Below, piece by piece: positions 7,935 through 10,944 of a DNA stretch of 10,944 nt (positions within the stretch are counted from its first letter, which is position 1; every line of letters starts with the position of its first letter). The notes under the pieces are model-generated. The model made no database searches, was not told where the DNA came from, and was given only the letters and a program-made list of their open reading frames with translations. The position numbers and the translations under genes are program-made. The DNA is from Planctomycetales bacterium (GTDB lineage Bacteria; 4484-113). Location: positions 1-10,944 of the forward strand of contig JBBIJQ010000063.1 in NCBI GenBank assembly GCA_037445915.1, given 5' to 3'.

Positions 7935-8014
7935 ATAGCTTAAGCTTAAATAAGCTAAAAGCTCAAACACTTCTTGAAGGCGTAAAGAGGAAGCTAAGAT
8001 TAGACTGCCTACCC

Positions 8015-10942
8015 TTACGGTGACTTGATGTGAGCGTGGTTGATAATGTCAGTGAACTTTAGCGGGATCGTATGCAACTCGGTTACGCTCGGCAAACCTT
8101 CATCCCCTTCCAGAGGTGTCTGAAGCGCCGTCAGCAGCGCGTTAGCAGTATCAAGGCTAGTAAGCACAGGTATATTGCTCTCAACTGCTGCCCTTCGGAT
8201 AAGACGCGCTTCAATCTCGGCAGTGCGGTTATCAGAAATTGTGTTGATGATGAGCCTAAACTCGCTGTTGCGCAGGCGGTCAATGATGTTCGGCCGGCCT
8301 TCAGTAAGCTTGTAAACTGGCATAGCTTCAATTCCGTGCTGCTTAAAGTAAGCAGCCGTGCCAGTCGTCGCAAACAGCCTAAACCCCAGCTGCGCATAGC
8401 GCTGCATTAAGTAGAGGGCTTCTTCCTTATCCTTGTCTGCGACGGTGCACAGAAGCGGTATAGCCTTGGTATGTTGTTCGTGGAACTCGGGAATGCGCAA
8501 GCTGGCGGCAATCATTGCCTTCTTGAGCGCTTGGGGAAATGTCGCGGCAATTCCCATTACTTCACCGGTGCTCTTCATCTCAGGGCCAAGACCTACATCA
8601 ACCTGGATCATCTTGGCGAAGCTGAACACCGGCGCTTTCACGGCGTAATGCTTGCCATCGGGCATCAAGCCGGTTGGAAGCCCAAGCTCTTTAAACGTTC
8701 GCCCTGTAATAGCGAGTATCGCCAGAGAAACCATCGGTATGCCAGTAACTTTACTCAGAAACGGTATCGTCCGCGACGCGCGAGGGTTCACTTCAATGAC
8801 AAACAACTCGCCCTGCTCGTCAAGAACAAATTGGATGTTGATGATGCCAAGCGCAGAAATGCTCCGCGCGATACGTTCAGAGTATTCGCGCACGAGCTCG
8901 CGCTGCTCTTTGCTCAGCGACACAGGCGGGTAAACGGCCATGCTGTCGCCGCTGTGGATGCCAGCGCGCTCAATGTGCTCCATAATGCCGGGGATGATGA
9001 TGTCTTCGCCGTCGCTGATGAGGTCAACCTCAAGCTCGGTGCCACGGTAGTACTTGTCAATGAGCAGCGGCTGGCCCTGGAACGCGTACTCGTTAGCGTT
9101 GATGTAGCGGGTAAGACTTTCGGCGTTATAGATAATTTCCATCGCGCGTCCGCCAAGCACGTAGCTTGGGCGGACCAGCACAGGGAAGCCGATGCGCTCC
9201 GCAACATCTATCGCTTTGGCGTAATTGGTGACAGTGCCGCCTTTCGGGCGGGGGATGTTAAGCCGTGCCATCAAGCCGTCGAACTTCTCGCGGTCTTCGG
9301 TCGTATCTATGCCCTCTTCGGTAGTGCCCAGAATTGGCACTCCTGCCCGCGCGAGCTCGCCGGCGATGTTAATCGCAGTCTGCCCGCCAAACTGTACGAC
9401 AACGCCTTTTGGCTTTTCCCGTTCAACGACCGACAGCACTTTCTCCAGCGTTATTGGCTCAAAGTAAAGCCCATCGCTCATGTCAAAATCGGTGGAAACA
9501 GTCTCAGGATTGTTGTTGATGATTATTGCGTCATAGCCCAACTTAGACAGCGCCATCAGCGCATGGACGCTGCAGTAATCAAACTCAATGCCCTGCCCGA
9601 TGCGGATAGGACCGCTGCCGATGACAAAAACCTTTTCGCGCCCACGGCTTTCACGCGGCCTCGCATCATGCGCCCTACCCTTCGTGCTGTAGAAATAAGG
9701 CGTCTCGGCCGAGAACTCGCTGGCGCATGTGTCCACGGCTTTAAATACAGGCGGCTGGCCGATTTCATCTCGCAGCTTGGTTACTTCAGCCTCTTCAAGT
9801 TTCCCAATGCGCGACAGCAGCTTGTCCGAGAAGCCGTGCGACTTGAGCCAGTCCATCTGCTCGCGCGAGATATTCAGCACTCCTTCTCCCTTCAGCATTG
9901 TCTCAGCCTTCACCATGTCTGAGAACTGGCGAAGAAAGTAAGGGCTGATGTGCGTCAGCTTGGCAAGGTATTCAACAGAGTGGCCGCGGTGCAGTGCCTC
10001 AAACAAGGCGAATATGCGCCCGTCCGTCGGCGTGCTTAAATAAGAGAGCAGCTCAGCGTCATTAAGTTTGAGGAAACGCCAAGTGTGAAAGCTCCAGAGC
10101 TTCACTTCAAGGCTATCTAACGCCTTTAAAAATGCGCCTGAGAAGGTGCGGTCTATAGCCATCACTTCGCCGGTACTCTTCATCTGAGTGCCCAAGCGGC
10201 GGTCTGCATCAGAAAACTTATCAAACGGCCACTTAGGGATCTTCATCACTACATAATCAAGCGCAGGCTCAAAGCTCGCCATCGTCTGGCCGGTAACCAT
10301 ATTGGGTATCTCGTCCAATCGGAAACCCAGCGCGATTTTGGCGGCGACGCGGGCAATAGGATAGCCGGTCGCTTTGCTCGCAAGCGCAGAGCTGCGCGAT
10401 ACCCGCGGGTTCACCTCTATCACATAAAAGCGCATGTCGGTCTGGCTCAGCGCATACTGCACATTGCATCCGCCCTCAATCTTTAGAGCGCGGATAATCG
10501 CCAAGGATGCGCTGCGCAACATTTGGTATTCGCGGTCAGAAAGCGTGAGCGATGGCGCAACGACGATTGAGTCGCCCGTATGGATGCCCATCGGGTCAAT
10601 GTTCTCCATGTTGCATACCGTTATGCAGTTGTCCGCCCCGTCTCGCATTACCTCATACTCAAGCTCTTTCCATCCAACTACGCATTCTTCAATTAGCACT
10701 TGGTGGTTCAGCGAATACACAAAGCCGCGTGTTACGATATCGCGGAATTCTTCAAGGTTGTAGGCAATGCCGCCGCCAGTGCCGCCTAGCGTGTAGCCTG
10801 GGCGGATAATCAGCGGAAAGTCATGGGTTTCGGTGAAGCTCATCGCCTGCTCAAATGTATTCGCGGTAATGCTCGGGGGAATGGGCATCCCGATGGAGTT
10901 CATCGTGTCCTTAAACAGCTCGCGGTCTTCGGCGCGGGCGAT
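8015..10942 (-). CDS. carB: Carbamoyl-phosphate synthase large subunit (5' part outside the window)
   Basis: The frame runs past 10903 to the window edge (IARAEDRELFKDTM). Motifs RPGYTLGGTGGG, ENIDPMGIHTGDS, EVNPRVSRSSALASKATG, DTCASEF, GSGPIRIGQGIEFDY, RPSYVLGG, LGPEMKSTGE, and a C-terminal MGS-like domain (ATTGTA). Confidence 0.97.
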   Translation of the reverse strand: MARAEDRELFKDTMNSIGMPIPPSITANTFEQAMSFTETHDFPLIIRPGYTLGGTGGGIAYNLEEFRDIVTRGFVYSLNHQVLIEECVVGWKELEYEVMRDGADNCITVCNMENIDPMGIHTGDSIVVAPSLTLSDREYQMLRSASLAIIRALKIEGGCNVQYALSQTDMRFYVIEVNPRVSRSSALASKATGYPIARVAAKIALGFRLDEIPNMVTGQTMASFEPALDYVVMKIPKWPFDKFSDADRRLGTQMKSTGEVMAIDRTFSGAFLKALDSLEVKLWSFHTWRFLKLNDAELLSYLSTPTDGRIFALFEALHRGHSVEYLAKLTHISPYFLRQFSDMVKAETMLKGEGVLNISREQMDWLKSHGFSDKLLSRIGKLEEAEVTKLRDEIGQPPVFKAVDTCASEFSAETPYFYSTKGRAHDARPRESRGREKVFVIGSGPIRIGQGIEFDYCSVHALMALSKLGYDAIIINNNPETVSTDFDMSDGLYFEPITLEKVLSVVEREKPKGVVVQFGGQTAINIAGELARAGVPILGTTEEGIDTTEDREKFDGLMARLNIPRPKGGTVTNYAKAIDVAERIGFPVLVRPSYVLGGRAMEIIYNAESLTRYINANEYAFQGQPLLIDKYYRGTELEVDLISDGEDIIIPGIMEHIERAGIHSGDSMAVYPPVSLSKEQRELVREYSERIARSISALGIINIQFVLDEQGELFVIEVNPRASRTIPFLSKVTGIPMVSLAILAITGRTFKELGLPTGLMPDGKHYAVKAPVFSFAKMIQVDVGLGPEMKSTGEVMGIAATFPQALKKAMIAASLRIPEFHEQHTKAIPLLCTVADKDKEEALYLMQRYAQLGFRLFATTGTAAYFKQHGIEAMPVYKLTEGRPNIIDRLRNSEFRLIINTISDNRTAEIEARLIRRAAVESNIPVLTSLDTANALLTALQTPLEGDEGLPSVTELHTIPLKFTDIINHAHIKSP
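9591..9598 (-). other. KOPS-like octamer GGGCAGGG
   Basis: CCCTGCCC on the plus strand; points back towards the dif-like site. Confidence 0.6.
9673..9680 (-). other. KOPS-like octamer GGGTAGGG
   Basis: CCCTACCC on the plus strand; points back towards the dif-like site. Confidence 0.6.
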
Positions 10943-10944
10943 GG

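Noticed and set aside
7785..8014. CRISPR array, intrinsic terminator or ncRNA in the AT-rich gap
   Set aside because: No regularly spaced direct repeats and no GC-rich hairpin with a U-tract. The main symmetry is accounted for by the dif-like site.
8471..9922. 483-aa ORF on the + strand
   Set aside because: Lies entirely antisense to carB and has no recognisable motifs. Long shadow ORFs are expected opposite conserved genes with biased codon usage.

Overview
Bacterial chromosomal window made mostly of housekeeping genes, which very probably contains the replication terminus. From left to right: sucC (cut by the window edge), sucD and a rhaD-like class II aldolase (+, coupled by TAATG overlaps); tRNA-Gln(UUG), a copA-type Cu(I) P1B ATPase and hflX (-); a small cupin (+); a single-TM hypothetical protein (-); a putative lipoprotein (+); an AT-rich convergent gap; carB (-, cut by the window edge). 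The strongest non-gene signal is a 28-bp XerCD dif-like site at 7907-7934. All seven GGGNAGGG (KOPS) octamers I found by hand point towards it, and it overlaps an inverted, degenerate copy of itself. Three genes have a -10 box exactly 6 nt before the start codon, suggesting leaderless mRNAs. The ATPase has DKTGV in place of DKTGT. I see no CRISPR array, transposase, integrase or defence cluster, and I cannot support a wholly new multi-gene system from this sequence alone.
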